This document shows, piece after piece, positions 48,001 through 58,412 of a stretch of 64,000 bases of DNA. The position numbers were made by a program, and so were the translations under genes. The notes beneath the pieces are model-generated. The model worked only from the letters and a program-made list of their open reading frames with translations, ran no database searches and was not told where the DNA came from. Every line of letters starts with the position of its first letter. The stretch's first letter is position 1. Origin of the DNA: Patescibacteria group bacterium. GTDB taxonomy: Bacteria > Patescibacteriota > Dojkabacteria > GCA-002793355. The DNA is taken from contig BOKM01000001.1 of the NCBI GenBank assembly GCA_016860985.1, positions 399,462 to 463,461 on the forward strand, in the 5' to 3' direction.

Positions 48001-48837
48001 CATCCAAGCATATTCCCACAAGAAAGAACCTGCGTTTGAGATTTTCACTACATTTCGAGAACCGTCCATCAGGTAAATATTGCCCTCTAAATCTACCTGA
48101 CTATCTAAAATCATACTTGCTTCTGCTATATCATTTTCATATTGCAATACGCCGGATGAGTTATACTTCCTCACCCTATTCAAATGATCACCACCAGACA
48201 CAAAAATATTATTGTCTTGATCTACAATAACAGTGGCAGAATTGGCAAGCATTGGGTCTGATTCAAACATAAACTCTGAAATAAAGCTTCCCTCCACGCT
48301 CCATTTTTGGAGATAGTCTTGCGTTGTAGCAACAACAATATTTCCAGCAGAATCACGAGACACGTCAGAAATTGGTCGAGCATTGGGGGTTACTCCATAC
48401 TCAATAATTTTTTCTACAAAAGTTCCGTCTAAGTTGAACTTGAGAACATAGTAATGATTTACGAGAAGCACATAATCACTTCCGATATCGATACTTATAA
48501 AATAAGGAGCTGTTGCTAAATCTTCGTATGGAGGAGCATTGAATGTGTTAATATGGGTGCCGCTTGGAGAATAAATCTCAATAACACTGGAATCCGACTG
48601 CCCGGTATAAACCGTTCCATCTGGAGCAACATCGAGGAATGCTATCTGATCTCCCCACTGAGAATCATCTACACCAGTTGTTGGCCACGGGTTGCCAGGT
48701 CGCCACTCCAGTACAAGCGATAGAGAGTCGTAGACTGCTTGACTTGTAGGACTCTTTACAAAAGCAAACAGCATGAACACAACCAACGTTGAGAGAATAG
48801 CAATAACTGCTTGAATCTTCCTGAGCATTACGAACAT
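45007..48837 (-). CDS. Giant surface protein: signal peptide, beta-propeller-like repeats, Fn3-like domain, Thr/Pro linker and the conserved C-terminal membrane module
   Basis: Repeated hhKh..xGxFhxxF blade-like units (SVIEIYSPSGTHINTF, YVLKFNLDGTFVEKI, RVRKYNSSGVLQYE). An Fn3-like ending YYVRAYATNSLGTAYGEVVQFTT. The C-terminal QAWGIVYDSKTKNPLGRVVIRLL..DTVVSDAQGVFQL and GVEVGIFDKEFNTLLYRTFTNEKGEYNF are homologous to the other two giants. Overlaps the downstream paralog by 32 nt. Confidence 0.75.
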   Translation of the reverse strand: MFVMLRKIQAVIAILSTLVVFMLFAFVKSPTSQAVYDSLSLVLEWRPGNPWPTTGVDDSQWGDQIAFLDVAPDGTVYTGQSDSSVIEIYSPSGTHINTFNAPPYEDLATAPYFISIDIGSDYVLLVNHYYVLKFNLDGTFVEKIIEYGVTPNARPISDVSRDSAGNIVVATTQDYLQKWSVEGSFISEFMFESDPMLANSATVIVDQDNNIFVSGGDHLNRVRKYNSSGVLQYENDIAEASMILDSQVDLEGNIYLMDGSRNVVKISNAGSFLWEYAWMPSPDSGTYNGPYNIALDVNNDLMYASNGCLYNGSTCDPGSIYKMQFDIPPVPTPTLPVAEWENVGSPINPGGYTGSVFVRTDKQNQDPIVAYPEYSQSESNYKVTVRRYNKNTGNWELVGNSRFSNPLTSSGQGRFSFDTCEDGRMVALIADASESDKATLYRYENGVWGVLGVAGASSNNAAYGLGMFCQPIAQLPYLYVFPDPSGVGDDLVYGYNFNPDLGGWVTIQEIPCTTTNGLTILNPNLLIGDPVNNFTWYACSNGSVSEFTGTLWNNPVSALFTSPTSVQDFDYDQGNSSWIFATENVVTNTFKVYSSPGGSAKTQMGADFDFPSVYDSSTFPASLEYNQTEDAMWYAVPTGDTTFSVKEFNGSSWNNVLSEFTETGLHADDIDLYHDPACNGANYLALAMQTGAGQSSIIVKRDSSFVPCGELPTVTTGSISLLTHNSAMVGGNVESDGYLAIIERGVVYSTTESSPTLSDTVQSTTGTTGEMYTLLSELQSNTLYYVRAYATNSLGTAYGEVVQFTTAVQPTPTPTPSSTATVTPTPTSVTATVTPTLTGTGTVTSTPPVTSSVTATPENTISSRREAQQSPICPVILTFASSPTIAAEGERVELSWITKNTTKVTINGSLVAVSGSTPFIVPADRKAKLIADNGACIASEVVNFENPAQQQLQTATAVGASALVAEILLQQAVSLGTATIGSSGAVMSTNLWGVALSIFNRRKKRQAWGIVYDSKTKNPLGRVVIRLLNVDTEAVVDTVVSDAQGVFQLKTQPGRYLIRVVRAGYQFPSTYVKGDTDGGYTHLYFGGVLTQGAADQQVTVSIPLDPEKETQAKRRTRLIFDAGFEALSTASTITLFAGFGYSLYVATLFPLPINIFASVLYGSVCIGKLLLTLWSPRTFGRVSTVTGKPLAGVEVGIFDKEFNTLLYRTFTNEKGEYNFAVPNKAYVLRLMDNTYKVYSGNNTQGIEIPAVKRKSSSEVRLIAHDLVVNLANNAAP

Positions 48838-48883
48838 AATAGCACAAAAGTGGCTCTTTGGCTCTATTTATTACTTCAGTTTT

Positions 48884-49684
48884 ATGGCAAAAAAAGCATC
48901 TATCGCGTATACTCATATTATGAAACTTAATGCAACATACATTTTTGTGATATTAGCAACAATTGCAACCATCACTATTAACGCACTCGCAAACATTCTT
49001 CCCTTTAACGGCGTAACCACGGCACAGGTCTCGGATCAATTGCGAAGTTATTTTGTTCCAGCCGGGTATGTTTTCAGTATTTGGGGAATCATATATCTAC
49101 TCCTTCTTGTTTTTTCTATTGGTTACGTAACGCTTTCAGAAAAACAAAAAGAAACCGCACAAAAAATTCTTCCCCTTTACTTCTTTTCGGCGTTCCTTAA
49201 TTCTATTTGGATAGTACTTTGGCACTACGGATTCTTTATGACTACAGTTGTGGTTATAGTCACTCTACTTTTGACACTCATTATGATTTATCAAGAATTA
49301 GGAAAGAACTCACCCACGACACTTAAAGAGAAAATAATCCTTCACATACCCTTTTCTGTATATCTCGCATGGGCATCAGTAGCAACAATTGCAAACATTT
49401 CAGGCGTACTCTGGCTTATAAATTGGAACGCCTTTGGAATTGCTGGGCAGATTTGGGCTGCAGCGCTTATGCTTGTTGCAGGAGCTTTGGCCGTTGCTAC
49501 CGCGATTATGCGAAAAGACATCGCTTTTTCTGCAGTTATCGTGTGGGCAGTTACTGGAATAATGGTTAAATTCCCGGACGAATTACCAATGCGCTATGCA
49601 GGACTGGTCACCGTTTCATCAATCATCATCGTGTGGGTGGTCTTCCTTCTTAAGTGGCTAAAAACAAGAAAAAAATCAAAGTAA
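48884..49684 (+). CDS. Polytopic membrane protein, possibly TspO/MBR-like
   Basis: About 5 to 6 TM helices. The Trp-rich segment SYFVPAGYVFSIWGIIYLL loosely resembles the TspO N-terminal motif. Weak call. Confidence 0.35.
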   Translation: MAKKASIAYTHIMKLNATYIFVILATIATITINALANILPFNGVTTAQVSDQLRSYFVPAGYVFSIWGIIYLLLLVFSIGYVTLSEKQKETAQKILPLYFFSAFLNSIWIVLWHYGFFMTTVVVIVTLLLTLIMIYQELGKNSPTTLKEKIILHIPFSVYLAWASVATIANISGVLWLINWNAFGIAGQIWAAALMLVAGALAVATAIMRKDIAFSAVIVWAVTGIMVKFPDELPMRYAGLVTVSSIIIVWVVFLLKWLKTRKKSK

Positions 49685-50241
49685 TACCTACTCTTATGCC
49701 AGAATTCAAAAACCAAGGAAACCTTTTTGGGGCAGCACCCGATCGACCATATCATCTGTCGGTTGGAGTTGTAGTGCTCAATGCCGACAATGATATTTTA
49801 GCGCTTTACTACCCAACTATCGACGAGATTACTGACATCTACGTACTTCCGAATAAAACAGTAAAGCCAAACGAAACCCCTGCTGACGCGGCAATCCGAG
49901 GGGCAAAACAAGAACTAGGATGTGATATACAAATTATAACTTTTCTTGGGAGCACTCAAACTCAAGATATTTGGTGGAAAGAGATTGAAACGCCAAAGCC
50001 AGTAGAAAAGACCGTTTTATACTTTTTGGCTCGCGCCACGAATCAAGATTCGGCTGCCGTAAAAGACGTAAACGAAACAGAGGGAAGAACAGTAGTCGCA
50101 AAAACCTTTGGATTCCTTATCGAGAACATGAGCAAAACACAGTTAAAGGATGGGATGAGGGATTTCAACCATGCAGCAATATTAGCAAGAGCACAAACGT
50201 GGATTTCAACTCACCCAGATTTACAATCGGAAACGCTTTAA
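49654..50241 (+). CDS. NUDIX hydrolase
   Basis: A Nudix-box-like segment NETPADAAIRGAKQELG follows a beta-rich N-region (VGVVVLNADNDILAL). Confidence 0.55.
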   Translation: MAKNKKKIKVIPTLMPEFKNQGNLFGAAPDRPYHLSVGVVVLNADNDILALYYPTIDEITDIYVLPNKTVKPNETPADAAIRGAKQELGCDIQIITFLGSTQTQDIWWKEIETPKPVEKTVLYFLARATNQDSAAVKDVNETEGRTVVAKTFGFLIENMSKTQLKDGMRDFNHAAILARAQTWISTHPDLQSETL

Positions 50242-50246
50242 TCTCA

Positions 50247-51308
50247 CTATTCTTTTGACTTGTAGTACCGCTGATAAACTTCAAAGGTAGTAGTCATCAT
50301 AACCATCACAAGTGGCCCGTAGATAAAGCCCCACACTCCAAACACTTGGATTCCCCCAATAAGACCTAGCAACATAAGTACCGGATGCAGTTCTGCTTCT
50401 TTTGGTACCAAATATGGCCTAAGAATATTATCTATCGTTGATGTAAACAGGAACTGTACAAGGAGAAGAAAAACCCCTTGCCAATAATTTCCTAACAGAA
50501 AAAGAATAAGTGCAGCAGGAACAGTAATAAAAGATGCTCCGAGTGGCAATATTGAGACCACAATCAGGGTTAGAAACCAAAAGAAGACATACGGAACGCC
50601 AGCAATCCAAAGCGAAATTGCAGCGATTGAGCCCTGAATAAGCGCAATAACAAAGGTTCCTTTCGCAATCCCTTTTACCATTGCGGTTACCCTATCGATA
50701 TAGAGTGTATCGAGACTTTCGGTTAGTGGACTGACTCGCTTTATAAAGCGCAGCATTCGATCGTATTCAGGAAAGCCGTACCAAATAAGGTACATAAATA
50801 CAATAATAAGGGGGAAACTGGTAGCAAACCAAATTCCCGCATCTACGGAAAAACCAAGGAGGTAATTAGCAACTGGGGTGATATTCTCTTGAATCAACAA
50901 CCTTACATTATCGATAGAAAGTCTAAAATCGAAATATGGAATTCGTGACAAAATGGCATTTACTTTATCAAACGATGCTACAACTACATCATAAACTGAG
51001 GTTCCTCCCTGCAAAAAGGCGTTGATATCTTTATAGAAGACTTGGAATTGCGACACAGACAGATTGATAAAGATCGAAATCGGAACTAAGACAGTAAACA
51101 ACACCGCCAAGACAGCAACAAAGGTTGCTAAAAACTTAGGGAATTTAAACTTCTCAATTACAAAGAGATAAATTGGTCGAAAGAGTGTGGTAATTACCCA
51201 AGCCAACAATATCAAATCGCGCATTGGCCACAACACAACAACGCCCAACCCTAGCACAACAAACAAAAAACCGTAAAAGAATATTCTGCTATGTATTTTT
51301 TCTGCCAT
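50247..51308 (-). CDS. AI-2E family transporter (UPF0118/PerM-like) membrane protein
   Basis: About 8 TM helices and the conserved C-terminal LGASFITVPAALILFL..STIDNILRPYLV segment characteristic of PF01594. Start chosen at MAEKIH to avoid overlapping the HIT gene. Confidence 0.7.
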   Translation of the reverse strand: MAEKIHSRIFFYGFLFVVLGLGVVVLWPMRDLILLAWVITTLFRPIYLFVIEKFKFPKFLATFVAVLAVLFTVLVPISIFINLSVSQFQVFYKDINAFLQGGTSVYDVVVASFDKVNAILSRIPYFDFRLSIDNVRLLIQENITPVANYLLGFSVDAGIWFATSFPLIIVFMYLIWYGFPEYDRMLRFIKRVSPLTESLDTLYIDRVTAMVKGIAKGTFVIALIQGSIAAISLWIAGVPYVFFWFLTLIVVSILPLGASFITVPAALILFLLGNYWQGVFLLLVQFLFTSTIDNILRPYLVPKEAELHPVLMLLGLIGGIQVFGVWGFIYGPLVMVMMTTTFEVYQRYYKSKE

Positions 51309-51354
51309 ACAGTATTGTATCAATTTTTTGATTCGACAGTAACGGCAGTTCGAA

Positions 51355-51717
51355 CTATGCGCTTGTTGGTTTTGGCATACCACTTAGAATATGCATGTGT
51401 TCGTGTTCTAAATGGTTGTAACCTGCACCATTATTTTGCAACACATATCCGGTGCGATCGTATCCTCCAGCAGATACTACTTCCCAAATGGCTTTCATAA
51501 AGGAATCCCAATACCCGTCAGGTGATGTTCGTGCCTCACTTTTTTCTAAATGAGCTTTTGGCAGAACAAGGATATCTATTGGGGCTTCGGGAAACTTATT
51601 TTCTATTGCAAGAAAATCTTCATTCTCCCAAATCTTTTTAGAGGGGGCTTTTCCTGCTGCAATAAGACAAAAGATACAATCGTCTGAATATTTTTTCTCC
51701 ATGTAAGATTGTAACAA
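51355..51717 (-). CDS. HIT-family (histidine triad) nucleotide hydrolase
   Basis: CIFC near the N-terminus and the C-terminal histidine triad NHLEHEHMHIL. Confidence 0.8.
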   Translation of the reverse strand: MLQSYMEKKYSDDCIFCLIAAGKAPSKKIWENEDFLAIENKFPEAPIDILVLPKAHLEKSEARTSPDGYWDSFMKAIWEVVSAGGYDRTGYVLQNNGAGYNHLEHEHMHILSGMPKPTSA

Positions 51718-51719
51718 AA

Positions 51720-52001
51720 TTAAAATGTTGGCGTTGGTGTTACGGAAGGAGTTACCTGAACAGAATCTGGATCTACCCCATCCTCAAACTGTTTTGGTGT
51801 TAACGCAAGATATTTCTCAGCTCTATCAGTAAATGCAGTTAAAGATTCTACATCAAGTGCTTCAGGCAATAGATTAATTGAATCGGCTGTTATTCCTGGA
51901 CCTTCCTTTTCTCCGCCAAAAAAGACAAAGAATACCTCGCCAACAGCAGCAACTGCAGCTAATACGAGCGCAATAACTATAAAACCTTTTGCGTTATTCA
52001 T
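51720..52001 (-). CDS. Small membrane protein of unknown function
   Basis: 93 aa with a single N-terminal TM. Overlaps the PilO-like gene by 8 nt. Confidence 0.3.
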   Translation of the reverse strand: MNNAKGFIVIALVLAAVAAVGEVFFVFFGGEKEGPGITADSINLLPEALDVESLTAFTDRAEKYLALTPKQFEDGVDPDSVQVTPSVTPTPTF

Positions 52002-52614
52002 TTGGTGCTGCTGCGCTACTCATTTTATACAACAATAGTGTAAGAGACATACCTGTTTTGGCAGGTTCTGTTTTGTTCGGTGTATAGCTAATACTTAACA
52101 CTTTAGGAAGAAACGGCGTACTCTCAATATAAGTCAAAAAGTCTGCGAGTTGAGTCGTATCACCTGTTACAGCGACCATAAAGGTTTGTGGCGTCATCTC
52201 CGCAAATTGCAAATCTGCAATCTTTTCAACTTGCCTAAAATAACTGGCAGAAAAACTAACGGAATCTAATGACAACTTGTAGCGCTTCGCTATTTGATTC
52301 AAGTTTGTAATAAACAGCGAATAATCACCATCGTTAGGGAAGTAATAATCTAGTGCTTGAAGTTTTTCTTTTTGCTCAAGCCTGTCTTTAAGTAATGACG
52401 TAAGATTTGTGTTTTGTTGAACAAGCTTTTCGACGGTTGCCTGTTTTTCTGTGTATTTTCTATTTGTTTGGATGATTGTAATCATAGTTGGTCTAAAAGA
52501 ACCCCACAACAAAGCTACCACAAGTGCAAACGTCAACAAACCCGTCGAAATTGCCTTTTGCTGACTTGTTTGTAATACTCCGGTGATATTCCTTGAACCT
52601 GCGAGCTGTGCCAT
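51994..52614 (-). CDS. PilO-like type IV pilus assembly protein (tentative)
   Basis: Single TM after a short N-terminus, then a coiled-coil and an alpha/beta domain. Position and size match PilO downstream of PilN. Confidence 0.35.
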   Translation of the reverse strand: MAQLAGSRNITGVLQTSQQKAISTGLLTFALVVALLWGSFRPTMITIIQTNRKYTEKQATVEKLVQQNTNLTSLLKDRLEQKEKLQALDYYFPNDGDYSLFITNLNQIAKRYKLSLDSVSFSASYFRQVEKIADLQFAEMTPQTFMVAVTGDTTQLADFLTYIESTPFLPKVLSISYTPNKTEPAKTGMSLTLLLYKMSSAAAPNE

Positions 52615-52616
52615 AA

Positions 52617-53165
52617 CTAGTTTTCTGTCAGCTTAAGTTTAAAAGTCACCGAAAAATTGATAACCCCACCGGCAGCTTGATTTGCAGACATCGACACATT
52701 GGTGAGGGAACCTGTTGCTTCTTTAAAGTTATTTTCTAACTGTAAAAGAGTATCGTAGGCTGCAACCTGACCCGATATCGAACAACCGCTGATATCGATA
52801 CTTATTGACTGTACCACTACACTGGGGGGAATAAGTGCTTGCACCTGTTCGTAAAAAGATGCGAGCGAGTACTTGCTGCTATCCATTTTTTGAATACTTT
52901 CCATACTCTGAAGGAGCTGCCTAACTTGAGATTCTTCTGTTGAGCGAGCATCCAGTAATTGTTTTTGCAACTCGATTTGTCGATCCATCGCTGCGATTCG
53001 CCCATCAATTACAAATCGAAATGCAATTGCACCAAGAACAACAATTTCTGTAACAATAATGATATATTTTGCCGTATTTGCCGTCCAAGCATATATACGA
53101 TCCCACTGACCTTGCGGGCGGATTTCTGCTATTAACAAATTGATTGAAGACTTTTGGGCAGGCAT
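52617..53165 (-). CDS. PilN-like type IV pilus assembly protein (tentative)
   Basis: N-terminal INLL motif (SINLLIAEIRPQ) followed by a TM and coiled-coil, as in PilN. Confidence 0.4.
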   Translation of the reverse strand: MPAQKSSINLLIAEIRPQGQWDRIYAWTANTAKYIIIVTEIVVLGAIAFRFVIDGRIAAMDRQIELQKQLLDARSTEESQVRQLLQSMESIQKMDSSKYSLASFYEQVQALIPPSVVVQSISIDISGCSISGQVAAYDTLLQLENNFKEATGSLTNVSMSANQAAGGVINFSVTFKLKLTEN

Positions 53166-53221
53166 AACAGTACAGTATATCAGAATCTTGCTTCAGGTGT
53201 TACGTGGGAGTACGATGATAT

Positions 53222-54310
53222 ATGCAGAAACCATTATTAACAAAATTACTTGTTCTTGTACTTATTATTGGGACAGGAGTCGGAGGTTACTATTTCGGCT
53301 CTCGAAATACTGCTGTTCCTACTGCGCTGTCACCCACACCAACTCCGACCATTGTAATTGCCACTCCGCCAGAATTACCTATCGAACTCCTTCCTACTGG
53401 CACTCCTACTACAACCACTTCGCCAGTTACATGGAAGAAATTCACATCAAAAAATTGGTCCTTTTATTATCCGAGCGACGCGAAAGTAACCGCCACAAGT
53501 CGATACCTTTCGGGAGAATGTTATGACGATAAAAACATCTATGTTGGATGTGGAACATTAGATATTGATTACAAAGAGCTGCACCTTGAAGACAGCCCCT
53601 GTTCAGAGTGCAGCCCCGGATACAACGGATATTACATGACACAAGGAAAAGCAGTACTTGTTTACGGAAACCAAGAAGAAGGAGTACTTCGAACTGTAAT
53701 TAACGAATCACCTACACCAGAAAAGAAACAAGTGACAATTGCTTATACTGGATTTAAACGGGGTACTGCCAGCCCGATTGGGGTGGTAACTATGCTTGCG
53801 CCAAAAGCAGATTTTGGTCAGTACTACGTTGTCGCGGACAAACTTGCAATTTCCATACTAACAGACGGCAAAGAAATTACTACGCTACCCGCGCCTTCTT
53901 ATTACCCTATCGCCTATTCTACTGCAGGAGAAGTCCAAATCATTGATAACATGGGAAGACTGATTCAAGAAATTCCAACATCATTAGCGAAGTTAAATGG
54001 AAACGGCAGATTTGCAGCACTTTCGCCAACTCAGTATTACGACTTAGTCAATAAAACATATATCGAAATCGAAGATTCTGCCCGCTATTTCCAAGACGAA
54101 ACAGATTACTACGATATGGAGCTTTCAGTTTGGACCTCTGATACAGAGTTTATGGTGCATAGCTGTCCAGGCGATGTGGAAGGCTGCTTGGAAGTTCTCG
54201 TTGATGTAGAAAAGAAGACAATGAAAATTCTTGGTGAGACCGAAGGTAACAAGCTATGGGAAGAAGCATACAAATTTACCTACGAAGTAGGTTACTTCCT
54301 TTCAGAATAA
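53222..54310 (+). CDS. Secreted protein of unknown function with Thr/Pro linker
   Basis: N-terminal TM/signal, TPTPTIVIATPPELPIELLPTGTPTTTTSP linker and a Cys-containing globular region. Confidence 0.45.
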   Translation: MQKPLLTKLLVLVLIIGTGVGGYYFGSRNTAVPTALSPTPTPTIVIATPPELPIELLPTGTPTTTTSPVTWKKFTSKNWSFYYPSDAKVTATSRYLSGECYDDKNIYVGCGTLDIDYKELHLEDSPCSECSPGYNGYYMTQGKAVLVYGNQEEGVLRTVINESPTPEKKQVTIAYTGFKRGTASPIGVVTMLAPKADFGQYYVVADKLAISILTDGKEITTLPAPSYYPIAYSTAGEVQIIDNMGRLIQEIPTSLAKLNGNGRFAALSPTQYYDLVNKTYIEIEDSARYFQDETDYYDMELSVWTSDTEFMVHSCPGDVEGCLEVLVDVEKKTMKILGETEGNKLWEEAYKFTYEVGYFLSE

Positions 54311-54326
54311 CGAAAGTACTAGGAAT

Positions 54327-55838
54327 TTAATGAATATAGGTTGATAACCTTCTTTCTTCTGCAATTTCTCGTAAACGATATAGTGCTTTTGCTTCTATTT
54401 GTCGAATTCGTTCTCTGGTTACTTTGAATTCTTTGCCGACTTCTTCGAGTGTTCTAACTACACCATCTACAAGACCAAATCGAAGTTCAAGAACTCGTCT
54501 CTCTCTTTCTGGCAGATCTTTAAGCAAATCAATAAGTTCTTTATGAAGAATCTCTCGTGCAGCTTCTTCTTCTGGACCTTCGATCTTAGTATCTGCTACG
54601 ATTTCGGCCAATTGCACGTCATCTTCGTCGTTGCTTGAGGAAGAACGTTCACCTGTAAGAGATGTAGGGTGCTGTGAAATCTGGTCAATGTACTCTAGCT
54701 TTTCACGATCCATCTCCATTGCTCGTGCGAGTTCTGAGATTGTTGGAGTCCTTCCGAGTTTAGAGGCTAATTGAGTTTTTACTTTTCGTAGCTTGTTAAT
54801 GGTTTCGTGCATGTGCACTGGGATTCGAATGGTTCGCCCTTGGTCTGCGATTGCACGGGTAATTGACTGACGAATCCACCATGTTGCATATGTTGAGAAC
54901 TTGAAACCCTTTCGGCGATCAAATTTATTGACTGCTTTCATTAATCCAATATTTCCTTCTTGGATAAGGTCAAGAAAATCAAGACCTTTTCGAGCATATC
55001 GCTTTGCTACGCTAACGACAAGACGAAGGTTCGCAAGTGTCAAAAGTGCCTTTGCTTTATCACCTTCAACTAGATATTTTCCAATTTCTCTCTCGGCAAC
55101 TGGGGTAATTTTTGGTACTTTTGCAAAAATCTCACCATTAAATCTACCGACTGCAACATTCCACTCCTTTTCTAAACGAGCCAAAGCGCCGGGGAATTCT
55201 TCAATTGGCTTATTTTTTGCACCCTCTTTAACAAAGGAAATAAACGATCCGATTCCTTTTTCTGCTAATTCCTTAGTAAATACATCAAGATAGTTCATCA
55301 TCCCTTCGTTGTTATACAAAGGAGAAAAGGACAAACCACCGGATGGCTTAGTAAGTGGCTGTTTTGAATCAATCTGCTTTAAAAGTTTTGCTACAGCTTC
55401 ATCCAATTTCGCACCTTTAAGTTTTGCAACTTCCAAAAACCATTCTCTGAAGAAAAGAAGAATCTGAAAAAACTCTAATACCACGCCATAATCCTTTCTT
55501 TCTGCGAGTACTTGCTCTTCGTCCTGGGTTAACAACGGAATTTTACCAATCTCTTGAAGATAAGAACGTAACGGATTTCCCGTAACCGATGCCTGAATGC
55601 TTTCTAAAATTTTGATCTTTTCTTCCAACGACATTTTCATGGGTTTGTCGGGCATATCGTCTGCATACAAGACCTCGACATTTTCCTTCTCTAACAAGGC
55701 AAGAAATGTTTCAAGAGATTCTAAGTCAACTTCTGGATTTGGAAATACCAACAAGATATCACTCTCTGTCAAAAAACCTTGATTTTGCCCCTTTGCAAGG
55801 AGCACTTGAACCTTTTTTCTAGAAAGAATATCTTTCAT
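54327..55838 (-). CDS. rpoD: RNA polymerase primary sigma factor (sigma-70)
   Basis: Region 2 [54 protein letters not shown] and region 4 helix-turn-helix (VLELRFGL...[24 protein letters not shown]). Confidence 0.92.
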   Translation of the reverse strand: MKDILSRKKVQVLLAKGQNQGFLTESDILLVFPNPEVDLESLETFLALLEKENVEVLYADDMPDKPMKMSLEEKIKILESIQASVTGNPLRSYLQEIGKIPLLTQDEEQVLAERKDYGVVLEFFQILLFFREWFLEVAKLKGAKLDEAVAKLLKQIDSKQPLTKPSGGLSFSPLYNNEGMMNYLDVFTKELAEKGIGSFISFVKEGAKNKPIEEFPGALARLEKEWNVAVGRFNGEIFAKVPKITPVAEREIGKYLVEGDKAKALLTLANLRLVVSVAKRYARKGLDFLDLIQEGNIGLMKAVNKFDRRKGFKFSTYATWWIRQSITRAIADQGRTIRIPVHMHETINKLRKVKTQLASKLGRTPTISELARAMEMDREKLEYIDQISQHPTSLTGERSSSSNDEDDVQLAEIVADTKIEGPEEEAAREILHKELIDLLKDLPERERRVLELRFGLVDGVVRTLEEVGKEFKVTRERIRQIEAKALYRLREIAEERRLSTYIH

Positions 55839-55859
55839 TACCGTGTTATAATTGAAATT

Positions 55860-57352
<1,493 letters not shown>

Positions 57353-57452
57353 ATAGACTTTACACAAACGCCACTCGCCAAGTTTAACTTCGCGACACAA
57401 CACTTTTCATTCTTATTTTCGTTACGCAGCAAATTGGCATATAATCCACTAT

Positions 57453-58412
57453 ATGGCGCAAACACAACCTTCAACCACAAGCAGGAACGTACATATTCGA
57501 TATTATGCTGACGCCTGCGAAAGACTGAATATTCCATACGCCCTTAGCGTCAGAACTAGGCGACTTTCGCTTACCACAAAGTCTGGCAAAAAGGTGTACT
57601 GCTACAAAGCTTCTACCCCCCTAAATTTTCAAGCATCGGTTACCTTATCAAAAGACAAATTTGAACTTCACCAAGCACTAGAACCATCAGGCCTCCCGCT
57701 TCCTGACCAAAAACGGGTTAAAAACAGTGACGAATTACGTGACTTTTTCAGCAAGCATCAAAAGATTGTTGTAAAACCTGCAGACTCGCATGGTGGACGC
57801 GGCGTAACAGTACTTCCCTCGAAAGATGAGCTTGATAGCGCATGGGAACGGGCGAGAAAAGAATCGCGTATCGTTATCGCCGAACAGTACGTTGCAGGCA
57901 AAAATTATCGATTTCTCGTATTAAAAGACAACGTACTCGCAATCGCGTTTCGTCAACCGCCAGCAATTCGCGGAGATGGAATCACCGACCTAGAAACACT
58001 GTTTACTGATTTGAATGCTGAAAATAAGGCACAGGGTTTGCCAAAAATTCCTGATACACCATATACATGGAAAATTGTTGAAGACCAAGGATTTAGCCGT
58101 GATTCAATTCCTCCTGCGGGCTCTGAAATTTTGCTTCGACTAACTGCCAACTTATCCTTAGGTGGAACAGTGCAGGACGTAACGGATTTATGCCACCCGT
58201 CATACAAGCAGCTCGCTATAGAAGCTACTAAACAACTTGGGCTCACGTTCGCAGGAATCGACATTATCGCAGAAGATATTTGCATGCCGAACAAGCCAGC
58301 TTTTATCATTGAGGCAAATGCGGCACCCGGATTAAGAATTCATTACAAAAGCACAAACGGGAAGACGGCAGACGTTGCAATGCAGGTAATATCTGCAATC
58401 ATGGAGCTATGA
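57453..58412 (+). CDS. ATP-grasp enzyme resembling the N-terminal ligase domain of cyanophycin synthetase (CphA) or RimK-like ligases
   Basis: KIVVKPADSHGGRGVTVL (ATP-grasp B-loop). IRGDGITDLETLF...LTANLSLGGTVQDVTDLCHP...GLTFAGIDIIAEDI...FIIEANAAPGLRIH closely parallels the CphA N-domain. Confidence 0.65.
   Translation: MAQTQPSTTSRNVHIRYYADACERLNIPYALSVRTRRLSLTTKSGKKVYCYKASTPLNFQASVTLSKDKFELHQALEPSGLPLPDQKRVKNSDELRDFFSKHQKIVVKPADSHGGRGVTVLPSKDELDSAWERARKESRIVIAEQYVAGKNYRFLVLKDNVLAIAFRQPPAIRGDGITDLETLFTDLNAENKAQGLPKIPDTPYTWKIVEDQGFSRDSIPPAGSEILLRLTANLSLGGTVQDVTDLCHPSYKQLAIEATKQLGLTFAGIDIIAEDICMPNKPAFIIEANAAPGLRIHYKSTNGKTADVAMQVISAIMEL

Noticed and set aside
54327-55838. A YADDM motif in the N-terminal region of the 503-aa ORF looks like the reverse-transcriptase catalytic motif. 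That raised the possibility of a DGR or retron RT near the variable surface proteins
   Set aside because: The rest of the protein is unambiguously sigma-70 (regions 2 and 4). No other RT motifs, template/variable repeat pair or avd-like gene are present.
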